From positions 10,035,828 through 10,099,827 of the forward strand of contig CAVNZM010000002.1 in the NCBI GenBank assembly GCA_963693365.1: a stretch of DNA of 64,000 nt, in the 5' to 3' direction. This DNA is from Amoebidium appalachense. Taxonomy: Eukaryota > Protista > Ichthyosporea. The notes beneath the pieces were generated by a model. That model was not told the DNA's origin. It worked only from the letters and a program-made list of their open reading frames with translations, and did no database searches. Positions 46,321 to 63,098 of the stretch are shown in pieces; positions within the stretch are counted from its first letter, which is position 1, and each line of letters starts with the position of its first letter. Made by a program: the position numbers and the translations under genes.

Positions 46321-46756
46321 TTCCAATCCTCTCTTTCTGTGTTCGTACTGTGTGCCGCGGTGTGTGCGTGTGTGCACGTGTGCGTGAGAGCTCAAGATCC
46401 AGATCACGGCCCTCTGAACGGAGTGTTCAGACGGCCGTGATCCAGATGTCACAGATGGTCGTACAGAAACATATTTGCCAATGAAATTAGTCATTGGAGA
46501 TCTATTTGAAATCGTCTAATGCATTCCATTCCATGGCGTGATTGTTTACGAATAGATAAAATGAACGTTAACTATATTTGGTTACAGTTGCTACAAACTT
46601 AGCCTAATATGTCCTTTCGATGCATCAAACGGATCTGGTTAGTCCACTCCAGTGTCAGGTGAACTAGGGTCTGCAATTCGAACACGGGACCGGGCTGCGG
46701 GCTCAGTGGACCCCCATGTGCTGAGTGGGTGTCCATGTGTGTACCATGGTGTGTGT

Positions 46757-46801
<45 letters not shown>

Positions 46802-47085
46802 TGTGTGTGTGTGTACGTGTGTTTATTTGTGTATGTACGTGTGTTTGTGTGTGTGTGTGTGTGTGGTGTGTGTGTGTGTGTGTGTATGTTTATTTCTATT
46901 TTCTTTTTTTCAAATATTGTACGTGTGTGTACACATGTGTGTGTGTGTGGTGGGGTGGGTGCACGTGTGTGTGTACGTACATGCATGCGCGCAGAAATGG
47001 GTATTTGGGGAGGGGACGGGGGGGGGGGGGGGGGGGGGGGAGGGGGGGAGGGGGGGGAGGGGGGGGGGGGGGGGGGGGGGGGGGG

Positions 47086-47156
<71 letters not shown>

Positions 47157-47500
47157 GGGGAAGGACGAAATGCTGAAAACAAAAAACAGAATCATTTACT
47201 ACTCTGTAAACAGCAGATTTATCTGCAAATTTAGAGCAGCGTAAATTATCCTGCAAATTTTAAAGCAGGGTGACTCTTTCACTTTCAAGCAAAATTATAT
47301 AATTATTCAACAGAAACCCGTATACGTACACGGAACTACAATAATTCTGCAAAAAGCGGAAGAACTTCGCGGTGTGACGGTGTGACGGGCGGAGTGTGGT
47401 TGCCTCTTCTAACGGATTGTTCAACCCTATTGGTGCCGCTACTGTGGCTAGACTAATGTTCACTATAATACCATAGTATAAATAAATAAATAAATAACTT

Positions 47501-47678
47501 TGAAATAAATAAATAATATGATGAGCTTTATTGTATGAGAAAAATAACTTTGAAAGGCGTGATACATGAGTGTTGACGTCCGAACCCATGAAATAAATAA
47601 ATAATATGATGAACTTTATTGTATGAGAAAAAAAACTTTGAAAGGCGTGACACATGAGTGTCGACGTCCGAACCCATG
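47501..47678. repeat. ~88-bp tandem duplication
   Basis: TGAAATAAATAAATAATATGATGA...CGTCCGAACCCATG twice with few mismatches. Confidence 0.9.
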
Positions 47679-47761
47679 TCGAGGCAATGCTCTAGATCTC
47701 AGAAATGCATGTCTCGAGGTTTTCTCTGTGCATCACCTTATCAGGAGCCCCCCTTCCCTCC

Positions 47762-47792
<31 letters not shown>

Positions 47793-47793
47793 T

Positions 47794-47839
<46 letters not shown>

Positions 47840-48308
47840 GCCCCTCCTGTTCCCTCCCCCAAAATGGACCCTTATTTCATGGATGGGGGTTGGAATTCGA
47901 CATTCTACTCCCCGCCTTCTCCTCTTCCCTCCCTCCTTCCCCTCCCCGGGCCCGAAATCATCGGAGGCCCCATCTCATAGAGGCGTGCGTCTTCGACATT
48001 GTCCATAACTTACCCCCTCCCCCCCCCCCACCCAACCCCACCCCGGGTCCCCTTCCCTTCTCTCCCTCCTCCCCCTCCCCGATGGCACCATTTCATAGAG
48101 GCCCCGACACATCAGCAAAATCAACTTGCTGAAAGCCGCAAATATTCTGCAAGAAGGAATAATACTGAATGATATCCAGCCTTTAGCAGCCTGTTATGCA
48201 GCCAAAGGAGGATTAATCTCTGTGCAGAATCATCCTGCTCAGTGACCTCGAGTAGAACGGTTTTCCTCAGCACAGAACAATGTCGCTGTTCGTGCATCAT
48301 AATTCTTA

Positions 48309-51333
<3,025 letters not shown>

Positions 51334-51736
51334 TAGCTGGTTTGCAGCCGCTATAACGATATGATTCTGCTTCGGATTAATATTTGCAGAATAATTCTGC
51401 TTTTAAATAAGCATGGCATTGCCACCTTAGCATAATAATTCTGCTTTCAAATTGGCAGAGTAAATCTGTCGGCTCCCATCACTAATTCTGTTTCTTGCGG
51501 AATGATTCCTTTTTTCGCAGAATCATTGAATCCTACTCGAAGCAATAACGATTGTACTGATGTGCCACCATGAAGTGATTGGGCCCTTGTGACAGTTGAG
51601 TCTCGAATCAAGCACACCTTCACAAACTTTCGGATAGCATGCAATAGTGCCGGTTTACACCGTGGCTCAAATTTTGGCTGTCAAACTTTACATATGTTTC
51701 ATTCCAGCTCCCAATCATGATCATGACCCCCCCCCC

Positions 51737-51777
<41 letters not shown>

Positions 51778-52068
51778 CCCGGAGCCATAAGCAACTCATC
51801 GTGACACATTCCATTCAACCTCAACATTTTGATTTCGTAATAGTTCATGCGCCTCACTGAGTATGACTGGTAATAATTAAAGAGACAGCTTCTAAGAACA
51901 TCTGAACGGATTTTTCAAAGTTTAAACCGTTTATCATAACAACGTGTATGTGTGAGTTGCAACTTGTCCCGCGCCACTGTGACAGTTACTGTAGCTATTC
52001 ACATACTACTAATTCAGTCCCCGGCAGCGCCACCGAGGTCACTAACAATGTCCGGTGCCAATGACTTA

Positions 52069-52718
52069 TCATAAAATTTCGGCCATTGCAATTGCCGTTT
52101 CCTCACTGCTCCTATAATGCCGACCCATGCTAAAAGTGCCACTGAAGATCCGCCTATAGCGTCCCACATACAGCTGGTTTTCTGTTGTGACGCTGTAATG
52201 ATTATCCACAGACAATACGTTTGACTCTGGCGGAAGCACACTGAGGGAAAATTTCTCCCTGGGGTTGTGAGGCATCATGCTCCCCTCGGTGGGCCTTGAA
52301 GCTCCAGCCAGTTGCTGGACGCTGCCAAAGGTGGTGATAAGGAGAATGGAGCTAATGGTCACACATGTCGGATAGCAAAGCAAGGCGGTAAGGGCGACGG
52401 GTGCCCCCGGGACGAGGGAGTTGTTTGTTAGCTGAACGGGAAGTGGGGCAAGGAGAAGCACGGCGGCTATGAGGGTGGCGTAGAGGTTGGCCCACCTGTG
52501 TGGTGGGTTTTTGTCGTAAGATGAGGTTTCGGCAAAAACAGTATTTGCAATTGATTAACTTTTGAAGCCAAGTGGCAAAAAAGAATCATGGGAGCACATA
52601 ACATTGAAGGTTAGTTCGAACGGGGGGGGGGGGGGGGGGGGGAGGGGAGGAGAGAGGGGAGGGGGGAAGGGAGGGAGGTTGAGGCGGACAGAAAGAGATA
52701 GCTTCGAATTTCGGGGGC

Positions 52719-52750
<32 letters not shown>

Positions 52751-54025
52751 AGTGAGACTCTGAGCGAGAGTATTAGTAAAGAGCATGCAAGTTTGGAAAC
52801 CGAACGGTTTTGCAGGGAAAAAGGATCACTGAGACTCAGTGGACATGGCGGTGAAAGAAAAACGTACAGGCCCTGGGGCAGGCCGGGCGGGGAAGAGTGA
52901 TTCACGTTAGGCCGCCGCCTTCTTGCAATTGGGGTAGAAGGTAGCCTACCGAGTCTGAGGCCCTCCTCTCCGTGGCACGGGGGAGGGATAAAAAAAAGTC
53001 TGGGAAAAAAAGGCAGTAGACTAAGTGCACGACGGTGTAAAGATACACTGTGCGGCTACTTACCTATCATTGAAAATCCCAGGGCAGGCCGACCGTGTCC
53101 TCCATGTATACCACGCCACACACCCGATATAGTAGAGGCTGCTGGCACGGTCGGCACTGAGGTAAGCGACCCAATTCACACGACCGAGCACATACAGGAC
53201 GAGCAGCACCAACGTCACCACAAACTCAATGATGGCAACACCGACTATGGAACCAAACACGTGCGCACGTGCCTGCCAACGTTTGTCCCCGCGCTGCCGC
53301 ATCTCGAAAGGGCGATTGAAAATGAGGAAGATAAGCCGTTGTCGAGCTGCGTAGGCCAGAAGCATCAGGCGCACCCCCCAGTTGCGTAGAATTACGCAGA
53401 GCATGCAGATCACCTGGCGCCATCAGACATAGAAAGGACGGTAAGAATTTAATAAGTTTCAGTGATAAACTATTGGATAGTCTTAATTTAATATGCCCGA
53501 CAACATATGTTCGAAAACCTTGGGAGTTTACTTTCAAGAAGCCATACAGCCTATACTACGGTAGTCACAGTGTGCCACTGAGTCATCTGCGCTGAGGATT
53601 ACAATGGTGACATCAATGATCGCGCCTGCAAAGGAACTTTTAAAATCGCTATAGCTAAGTTAAATTGAATGTATTCAGGCGGTATCGTTGAACAGTCTTT
53701 GAAGTGGTCGCTCCAGTTATGTCGATGACAATCATTCGTTGTGAAAAATCAAATGTCACAGTGTACTACTGACTGAGCCTCGGACTCTGAATCGCAGGCC
53801 ACCTAGGATACCGTATGACTGGGAAGTTTAGAACTCATTGAGCATGTTGTAAGACAGAGCTCGGGCAGGGCAGGACTTACGTCATCCCAATCGGCTCTGA
53901 GCACCTTTTCTCCTGTTGCGGGCTGTAGCAGCATGTTAATTGCCAGTATGTTGGCGGGTATCGTCAGCACCTGTAGGCCCGGGACAACCCGAGGGACTTA
54001 GTTTAGACTCAGTTGCTCTTGAAAA

Positions 54026-54077
<52 letters not shown>

Positions 54078-55041
54078 CCACCCTGCATGTCATGCTAGCC
54101 TGGCATGGCATGGCGTTACTGATACGTTAGTCATTTTTTGAAGGTGTACTTTGTACAACTTCGGCATCGACGGCCCGGACGGTCATGCCTTTACTTCTTA
54201 AACGACCCAAGGCCTCCCGAAATACAAGAAGTCAAACTTAGTGCCTCACTGTCGGCCAAGCAAAAAAGAGCATAACAGGGGTCATCATGATGGTACATGG
54301 CGGGATCGATATCCGAAAAGTTTTGGGGGAAAAGGAGAGTACTACTAAGAAGCCTTGCCATAGTCACGGCGCGGGTCGATCAGTCGAAATATTGAATATT
54401 ACACTAACCATAGCAAGTGCAGCGCCCACTAGAGTCAATAGCAAGTATGTCGACCCACGGGCCTTGGCTGCTTGAGTGCCCCTCGTGTTCTTTGCGACCT
54501 TTGCAGCCCAGATAAGGACCACACTACTCATGACAATAGGCGGAACACAATGAGGCAGCAATTGGGCAACAGCGTCCTTTCCGGTGTATTCTTGCATAGT
54601 CCAAAGAAGGATACAACACGGAGAGTTGTGAGCAAGCACGCACATGGTTGCAATGAGAGCAAAATGACGAGAGCAAAACTGCATAGCTTTCCCAAAAAAA
54701 CCACTCTGAGTTTGCACTTGTGTTTGAGACGCTGTGGGAGATACAGTGCCACGGTGCGAGTCTATGCTAGAAAACGGCGGATTGACAAACTCTTCAATCG
54801 GCAGTCGCAACAACTGCTTGCTTCTGGGTGCCACAGTGTCGCCGTTGCTTGAATCGGTGGTGACGGGGAAAGTGGTAATGTCGACGTCATGCTCATTTTC
54901 TTGTCCAAACGACCACGTGCTTTGAGTCCGGAGACATGTGGCTGGTCCTGGCTCAGGAATCCCTTCCAAGACGTCCGTGGCAGGGTCGGGCGTAACTAAA
55001 ATCATTGGGAGGGGTGACGGTTTGCCTCTCTTGACGGCCAT
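52069..55041 (-). CDS. Uncharacterised multi-pass membrane protein (spliced; in-frame TGA at 54364-54366)
   Basis: Exons ~55041-54250, 53970-53881, ~53413-53063 and ~52495-52069, with GT-AG sites and several hydrophobic helices. A possible extra exon near 53600 is unresolved. Confidence 0.55.
54028..54074. repeat. (TA)n microsatellite
   Basis: Direct reading. Confidence 0.95.
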
Positions 55042-58023
55042 GGTTTTGCCTGGCCTACGGTACGGCGTGGCCAAAGCGAAAACCCGAAGCGGTCGAGTAC
55101 GAAGGCAGTTGGGACCAAAGTTGAACTGTCGACAGCCTATTGATAACTTCCTTGGGTAAAGAAAGAGTTCACTTCAATCTGAACGGCAGTTACTAATATT
55201 AGACCAAGTTTTTGTTATGTATCATGAAAATTATTGGCAGCCTGCTCCATCAGCCCATCGACTTTCACTTGTAGGCTGCTATGATTTAATCATTGGTGGT
55301 GACGGTGGTGGTTATTATTATGTATTTGTAGTTATGGACTCGATTAATAAACCAGGTTGTGTATGTAGTGGTGAGTGTTGTGGTGTTTGTTGGTATAGGT
55401 GTACTTGTGCAGTTAACTCGAATGTGTTTTGTAGTGGCACATAAATCCCAGGCTAAGCTAATAGGTGCTCTTGACTGCCGGTAGTGCACTAACAGACGTA
55501 GGCCCTCCTGAGTGATTACGTGGTACGCTGGAGGCTCACACGATGATATTTGTATCTCCCATAGTATCGATGAGTGTAACTGCAGCCATACTGCAATTGA
55601 ACTTCCTACATTTTTTTCATCGGGTTTATTTATACTAGACAGCTACATATCCGTCACGAGAAACTTTTCGCAGCAAAAAACGTGTGACGGGGCATCAAAA
55701 ATGATCAAATGTGGTCCGTGGCGCACGTGCTCACTTTTCCCTTTTATCGCTTGCTTCCGGCCTGGTTGAATATGTGGTTTTCTTGCAAATACAGTTTTAT
55801 AATTATACATATATAGTAAATAAAAGAAACGCTGAGCGCCACCTACGTGTACTGACTGAAAACCCAGCTACACCACATGAGTGAATAGGCAGTGCACCCG
55901 GATGCTGGAATGTCGGTGTCCATAAACTGGGCCAATGGAAACAACGGTTAATAGAATGCGGTCATACCAATGGTGCATAGAAATATGTACTTATCATGGT
56001 TCTAAAATTCAGAGGAATTTGCAGCTTTGCGGTAGATTTTCAATACACAAACAGGGGAATATATATATATATATACATAGACGGCTTGTGTACACAGCAT
56101 GTGAGGTAGAGTTTTAATTTTTTTTTTTCCAGGTTATCTGTTGCGTTGGCGCATCTGCATAGCATATCTGCATTCCAAGCATAGCTAAACAAACCACCGA
56201 TGATGTTGAAATATGCACCCAACTTTCCAGCTTGAAAATAAATTCTTTCTTACGCGTGGCTTAAAGACCTGTGAGGCACGCATTCCATGAATCACGGCCC
56301 CTTTTTCTGTTATCTCAGATATATATACGTACAGGAAAAAGATATTTATTGGTAGTAGGATGTTTAAAACTATTCACGCTAAGTTGTATATATAATAATA
56401 CTAGCCATTTCTTGGGCCCGCGGCGCGGGCGGCCGCATACGGGCCGTGACACGCCAGCACTGACTCTGAACAACTTGCGAGTGATCAACGATTGGCCAGC
56501 CATCCATTGCAACTCCATTTTTTGTCCGAGGGTGATTGTGCAGTCTTGCCCAAGTCACCCATGCATATTCATAGCCAACAACCCGCCAAACGGCACAGGC
56601 CCGACACACGTGCGCGCACCCGGCGCACGCAAGCACGTACTGTAGGCTACTCACTTTGCGCTCTGCAGGCGCTGATGGCTGACGCCAGTAGCCGACGATC
56701 TAGATCTAGATCTCTTGGGCCCAATGGATATGTACAGATACTATTATCCAAAATATCCACACTGTCCACAGTACTGCAGATCTTGTAGATCCGGTAAACA
56801 GCCGCCAAAAAAAAACAAAAAAACAAAACAAAAAAAAAAACAAAAAACAAAAAAAACGTTATATCTCCACATACGACGTCTATCTGATACGTTATATCTC
56901 CACATAAAAATCTGTATGATGTAAGTGTAACATCGATTTGTTGGGTGGAAGTACTGTTGGTCTTGGTGCCGACATCTCATCACAGCTCACCTACATGTCG
57001 TTAATAAACAGCACATCCCCCCCCCCCAATAGACACTACTGTACACCTAACGGTCTGAAATGAGTAACCTGCTCGGCGCTGTAGGTACACGGCTGTCAGT
57101 GACTGGCCCACATACATGCACTAGAACTATGCCAGCAGGCTCATGATCACGCCCATGTAAATGTATCATCAAATTTATGGCATTCTGCATGCAGCTATCT
57201 ATCATCGCTTCTTAGACATGGTTCAGTATTTATTATGAAGCCAGTGAAATATATATATCTGTGATAAATGAAGTCCAGGAAAAGAGATGAAATTGTGAGA
57301 AAGTATTTGGCATGTTGATGAACGGTCCCACTTGGCAATGTGTGCGCCTGCATGTATGTACAATGTAACGGCCGCGATTCTCCGAGGCGTTCATCATGTA
57401 CATGTTGGCCGTGGAAACTACGGCATGTCCCATGCATGCATGTTTATGTTGTGCTCACGCACTGTATGTGTTTTGTATGTACGTGAAACGGGCCCATTTT
57501 TGATTCAAGGGGCCCTGGAGCGCGTCCATGTGTACGTGAAACTGGCTCATGTTTGATTCAAGAGGCTCGGTGGACCACGTCCAACTCTAAACTTCAAAAC
57601 CTGCTCACGTTCGATAAGTCTTGCGTGAACCTGCCCGTAATATTCAGGAAAACTGTGAATCCTTGTGTTCGAACCGTTAGAGGTTTTGGGATACCAACAT
57701 GATAGACATCCCTTGAAATTGATGCAAAAATTTAGGAAGCTGCTCACGTACTTTGTTAGGTCTGACTGGGCCGCTTCTTGGCGAGGCGTTCTATAGACAT
57801 AGAATCTGAATCTGATATTTAGATATGTTGTTGCTTTCGATTTGCTTATTGGCTCGGCTCAGCCAAGTGCCCCCCGGGCACGATCATCAGAAACGTACAC
57901 ATACCATGGCATCATGCACTGCCTCTCTACGAACAAAATCCAAATAAACACACCGCACGAAGAAAACCCCTCTACCCTATCCTCCCCCTCCACTACCCTC
58001 AATGCGTGGGCGTGTGTTTTTGT

Positions 58024-58070
<47 letters not shown>

Positions 58071-58071
58071 T

Positions 58072-58241
<170 letters not shown>

Positions 58242-58625
58242 ATGTATGTGTGCATGTGTGGGTGTGTGTCTGAGTCTGTGTGTGTGTGTGCCGTAGCCAA
58301 TCAGCAAGAGACTAGCTAAAGACGGGGAAATGCAACACAGCTCGGACGGGTGGGTGGGGCTAAGTAGGGGCCGACGGGGAAACAAAACTAAGACGAGTAG
58401 AACGAGTCGCCGCCTATATACCATAGTCGGCTCCCTAGTGGCCACTGATTGTTGGAACACTATTCCAACCAATCACTGAGGCCTAAACACATCTCTAAAT
58501 AGAGCTTGATGAATCAAGCGAAGTATTTAGATATGTTGTTGCTATCTGCGACCACATTCTTATTTTACGCAAATAATACACAAAGCTGGATGGCAGGAGC
58601 GGCGCGGCGAGTGGTTTTCATCCAA

Positions 58626-60578
58626 TCATGAAGGGGGGCGGGTGCTGCCGTCCAATAGGAAGGCACGCATTCGCCAAGACCGGACACCGACCGGAAACAT
58701 CACTTCTTCGGGGGCTAGGTCCGTGTGGGCCTGTGCCATCCCTTGCACCACCGGCCACCATAAGGCGGTGTCCCACACCGGGACCACTAATATTCCCTGC
58801 GCACATTCCCGCTGAATCCTCGCCACTGTCCGCTTGATCAACGGAAACGGTGGCGCCCACCAGCTGGGGGCCTGCCATGCGGCGGCAAGCCCATCCTGCC
58901 CACCGCTCACGGGGACCACCGCGGTCCATGTGTGAAACGTGGGTTTGACTGCTGTCACGGGTGTAGCAAACCGATCCACCGCCGTGTGCAATCCGAGTGT
59001 CTGCTCGATACGCTCGACCCCCGCAGGGGTAACCGACCACTCGTGGCGGGGATCAATCCACGACAACCAATCCGCACGGTCGTTCACTTCGCCTGGAATG
59101 TATGACAGCTCTTGGGGCCAGGGGAGCCCCTTTTCCAAACACAACTGCAGCAGTTGCCATAGCACTCGCTGCATGGCGGGGCTGCTGCTGCCCTTTTTGC
59201 GCACCGCGCCCAACGCGGCCTGGGCGTCTGACTGCCAGCGTACGCGCTGACGTTGGATTAGGGCCTGCATTTCGGGCCTGCGGTAGGCCTCGAGTAGGCC
59301 CTCGCACTCCGCCACTCTGCAGCCGCCCGCGGTGCATCGCTCTCCGCCCAACGACCAAAAGCCTCCACAACCTGCCAGTGCGGGGTTGGTAGGCCCAACT
59401 GTAGTACTGCCCCCCACCCGTGTGAGGTGGTAGCATCTGTGATGAGAGTGGCCGTGATAGGCTCAGGCCAGATTTCCGTGCTGGGAAGCCGACCTATTAT
59501 ACCCATGGTTTTACCGATAATGCGTAGCTGCCGACCCGTTAACCACACAAAGTTACGCCAGTTCCCGCCGCGTAGAGCACCATACACCGGCCGGACAACC
59601 GTGAGTACATGAGGCACTGCCGCACGCAAACTAACAACCAACCCTAGCCATAGTAGCCACCTGCTTCTTTTCCACCCACCGCCGCCCTTTGCGCGCCTTC
59701 AAGGCCATTAAAGAACGTGTTTCCCCCGATAATTTTTCCAAAGACGCCAATGTGGGAGACAAATTTAATACCCTTGATTCCTCCAAATTTATGTGGATGC
59801 CTAAATGGTCGAGGGCACTCACTGGGTCCCAATGAGCCTTATTCGGATGCTTCGTAAGGCCGGTGACTTTCAATTCCTGCTCCACCACCCCGCGTGTGTC
59901 GAGTGCCCGTGCCGCCTGTTCGAAGATGGCCCAGTCATCGAGGAAAACCAACGAGCGGATGCCGCGTGCACGTAACCGACGCGCGAACTCGCGTATAAGG
60001 CGCATGAAAAAGTAGGGACTGAGGGAGTAACCGAAGGGAAGCACCGTGTACTGGAAGAGTTGTCCCCCCACACGAATTTGGAAATACTTGCGGAACCGGG
60101 GTTGAATGGCTAGTGCAAAATATCCGTCTTCGAGGTCGAAACTGAAAGCGTGGTCACCCGGCTGCGCGAGCGCCCGCAAATCGCTGAGGGTTTCGTACTT
60201 GATACCACGTGCGACGGCGTATTCATTCACAGGACGCATATCAATAATGAGCCGGACGTTTCCGTTGGGCTTCCGCAGCCCAAAAGACTTCGAAACACAC
60301 CATTTTGCGCTTTCAGGCACTGTCTCGAGGGCCCCCTTACTCACTAACCGTTCAACTTCCACTGCCGCTTCTGCCTCTGAAACTTCGCCGATATCCAGAT
60401 AGCCACCTGCATCAAAAGGGGCAGCCTGAGGACGCGCACTCTTCCATTGTGGTGTGATGATGCCGTACTTAATCCAGAACAAAACTTCTTTAGACGCACC
60501 CCCACGCTCCCACTCATCTACACAGGCACGAACTCCCTGATACAATGGCAGTTGGGATGCATCACTTGCACCTCCCAT
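58626..60578 (-). mobile_element. DIRS-like retrotransposon pol remnant: RT - RNase H - MTase-like domain, two frameshifts
   Basis: RT: KPNGNVRLIIDMRPVN, SFDLEDGYF, LPFGYSLSP, FLDD. RNase H: ITDA...GWG, GEVNDRADWLS. DIRS MT-like: VDRFAT...APPFPLI...LVVPVW...WWP. Split over ORFs 60578-59631, 59641-59258 and 59417-58626. Confidence 0.88.
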
Positions 60579-61409
60579 CCTGTTTGTTTTTTTTGTTTTT
60601 TTTTTTATCCCGTTTCACTCCCGGCGAGGCACTGCCTCAGGGGAGCTTACCGTCTTCCGCCAGTAGACACAGATCGTACTGTATAGCACACTCATAAGTC
60701 AGGATTCTAATTGACCCCAACTGGCACTATTTTTAGTTACGCCTTATCCCACGGTTCGAGCTGCAGCAACGCTAGTGGGGAAGTGGGCACAGCTCACTTT
60801 AACAACACCAGCCGGGAGCGACCCAGGACACATACACAAACATAAAGACTTGAAGGGAAGACCCCATGCCCAGGACGCTGACCCGAACCGTGGCCGGTGA
60901 CTCGGATTGGTCTCCCACTTGAACGTTGGGCTGGGATACCCAAGCGGCGCGCCGTCGACGTCAGAGTGCCGGTGCTGTTCATGACGTCATGTCTTGCGGC
61001 CGGATAATAACAAATTGGTGGTGCTGCTTGACGTGGTCTGGGGTGATGGCTTCTAGGGGGCGGCCAGAGCGGTGGACCATCGAGGCAGAAAAATCGGAAG
61101 TAACCAGGATCGATCCTGCAACTTTGAGCTTGACACGCAGAGATCTTACCATTGCACCAACCCGCCCCCCTTTTCTCCCATCCTGCCTTCGAAGAAATTG
61201 AGACACTACACCTGTCTGCAGTACTACGCGCGCTCGCAAACAGTTTATCTACAACACTACGCGCGCTCGTAGAGGTTTTATTTGTGGAATTTATTGACAT
61301 AAATATTTTTTCTGGGTAAACACGTAGGATGGGTGTTCGGTATCAACATAACCATGTAGGCTTCATTTCGTGTTTTAGCAGTTCGCGGTTGGCTGCCCGC
61401 ACACGGGCA

Positions 61410-61545
61410 CCTATTAGCCAATCAAAACGTCAGATTCCACTGGCATATCACTAGACCGAGTTTTGATTGGCTCGGATCAGATTTCACATATCACTAGATC
61501 GATTTTGATTGGCTCCGAGATCGGTAGGCTTAGGTATATAAGCAC
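61410..61545 (+). promoter_or_regulatory. CCAAT-rich promoter with TATA upstream of the gag-like ORF
   Basis: CCAATCA ~61418, GATTGG ~61465 and ~61507, TATATAA ~61535, repeated CATATCACTAGA. Confidence 0.55.
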
Positions 61546-61620
61546 GACAGTTTTTAGCAGATCAGCAAGTTACAAACACATCTTCTGTGTTTAGCACCTA
61601 TAGCCTTACAGCTATATATT
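61532..61620 (+). repeat. Left arm of an inverted repeat (partner 63912-64000)
   Basis: AGGTATATAAGCACGACAGTTTTTAGCAGATCAGCAAG...TTACAGCTATA matches the reverse complement of the window end with few mismatches. Confidence 0.92.
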
Positions 61621-61658
61621 CCTTTTCATTCTCCCTATCTTTCCCTACGCCGGTCAGC

Positions 61659-63098
61659 ATGCCGCCGAAAAAGTGTCATCTTCACTTGATTCTCAGCAAG
61701 ACTTAGAAGTTGAGTTTTGTATTTGTTTATTAGTTCTTGTAGTTTGTTTCCTTTTCCTTTCTTCATTTCTTTCTTTCCTTTCTGTTTCCGTGTACACGAC
61801 ATCTTAGATCTGTGTACGTATCGACATACTTAGCTCGCGCACACGTATTGTCGTTTGTGTCAAAATCTATATATGTCATCCAATCATATCTCGTTTGTAT
61901 TTTCCCAAATATAGTAACTTACATTCCTTTCTCATTCCTTTCTCACGACGTAGCATTGTGCTATGTTCTCCAACTATTAGGAATAATTATATTTAGACGT
62001 GCTATGATAAGAACATGTATAAATGTATGTTATGAATTAATAGTTACATAAGTGGCTTCATTTTGTTAAATGTTTCCGTGCTTTTATTAGAAGTTTCTTT
62101 CATTAGAGGATTGAGTTTTATATTCTATGTGTCGACAGACATTTTAATCGATATATTTTACACTCATAGTTTTCGTCCTTTTGATTGGAAAATAGAGTTT
62201 TCGTTCTTTTGATTGGTTTATCGTTTTCACATTCCCAAGTATAAAAGGGACTTCATCTTGGAATAAATCTCAAGCAGTCGTATTCATTTCCTATGGTTCC
62301 AGAAATCGTTCCACCTCTCCGGTTGTGTTTCTCCCGTGTGTCTCTGTGTTGTGTATTACATAACACCCATCTGTGCTCTCTGCTTCTCCGTTTACCCACA
62401 CAAAATAACAAAAAGCGCCAGGCCTCAGCCACCGCCCCTGCCGCGGCCCCTAAGCGCCTGACCTGCAGCGACCTCCGCCACAGGCTGACCAACGCTCCCG
62501 CGGGCACTGACGCGCCTCCGGAGGCCCATACCACCACAGACCCTCCGGCTACTCTCCCCTCTACTCCTGAAGTCCCTCCTCAGGCCCCGCCGTCCCCGCC
62601 GGTGACTTCTCAAGACGCCGTCCTTGCCGCCCTCACCACCATCAGCACCCAGATGGCTGGCGTCCTGGCCGCTCTCACCAACCGCGACCCTCCGGCGCCC
62701 CCAGCCGCGCCCTCCGCACCCGGGGAGGTTCCCCCGGGGTTGCATCTCGGCCCTGACCTGGACCTACCTGCCCTGCCCGCGCCCCCCATTACAGGTGAGA
62801 ACACTGGCGACATTCAGCCGGGCACACTGCCGCTTCCCCCCGCGGATGTGCTGGCAGATTTGCACGCCAATCGTTTCGTCGACCTGTATAAGTTCACCCC
62901 TGCAGCCCTCCTGGCCCCATCCAAGAAAGGTCAGCAGCTGCGCATGGCCGACGACGGCAGCATCGAGACTTTTCGCAATGACAAACCCGTTCCCCTGCGT
63001 TCACTCGTCATTTGGATCCAATTTTGGACCCTGACTGGCATTACATGGCCGCCAAGCACCACCTCGACCTCCCCACGGACAAGGACGTACTTTGGATG
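61659..63098 (+). pseudogene. Gag-like ORF (DIRS/Ngaro type) disrupted by a solo LTR
   Basis: ATG CCG CCG AAA AAG [LTR] CGC CAG...; Pro/Ala-rich region then LADLHANRFVDLYKF...IWIQFW; probable 1-bp deletion near 63033; truncated by AT-rich DNA at ~63100. Confidence 0.6.
61674..62410 (+). mobile_element. Solo LTR (737 bp), TG...CA termini, 5-bp TSD AAAAG
   Basis: AAAAG (61669-61673)|TGTCA...TAACA|AAAAG (62411-62415); internal GATTGG x2 and TATAAAA ~62240; removal restores the gag frame. Confidence 0.85.

Noticed and set aside
55100-57800. Possible spliced gene in repeat-poor DNA
   Set aside because: Only short ORFs, with no recognisable motifs or consistent exon chain.
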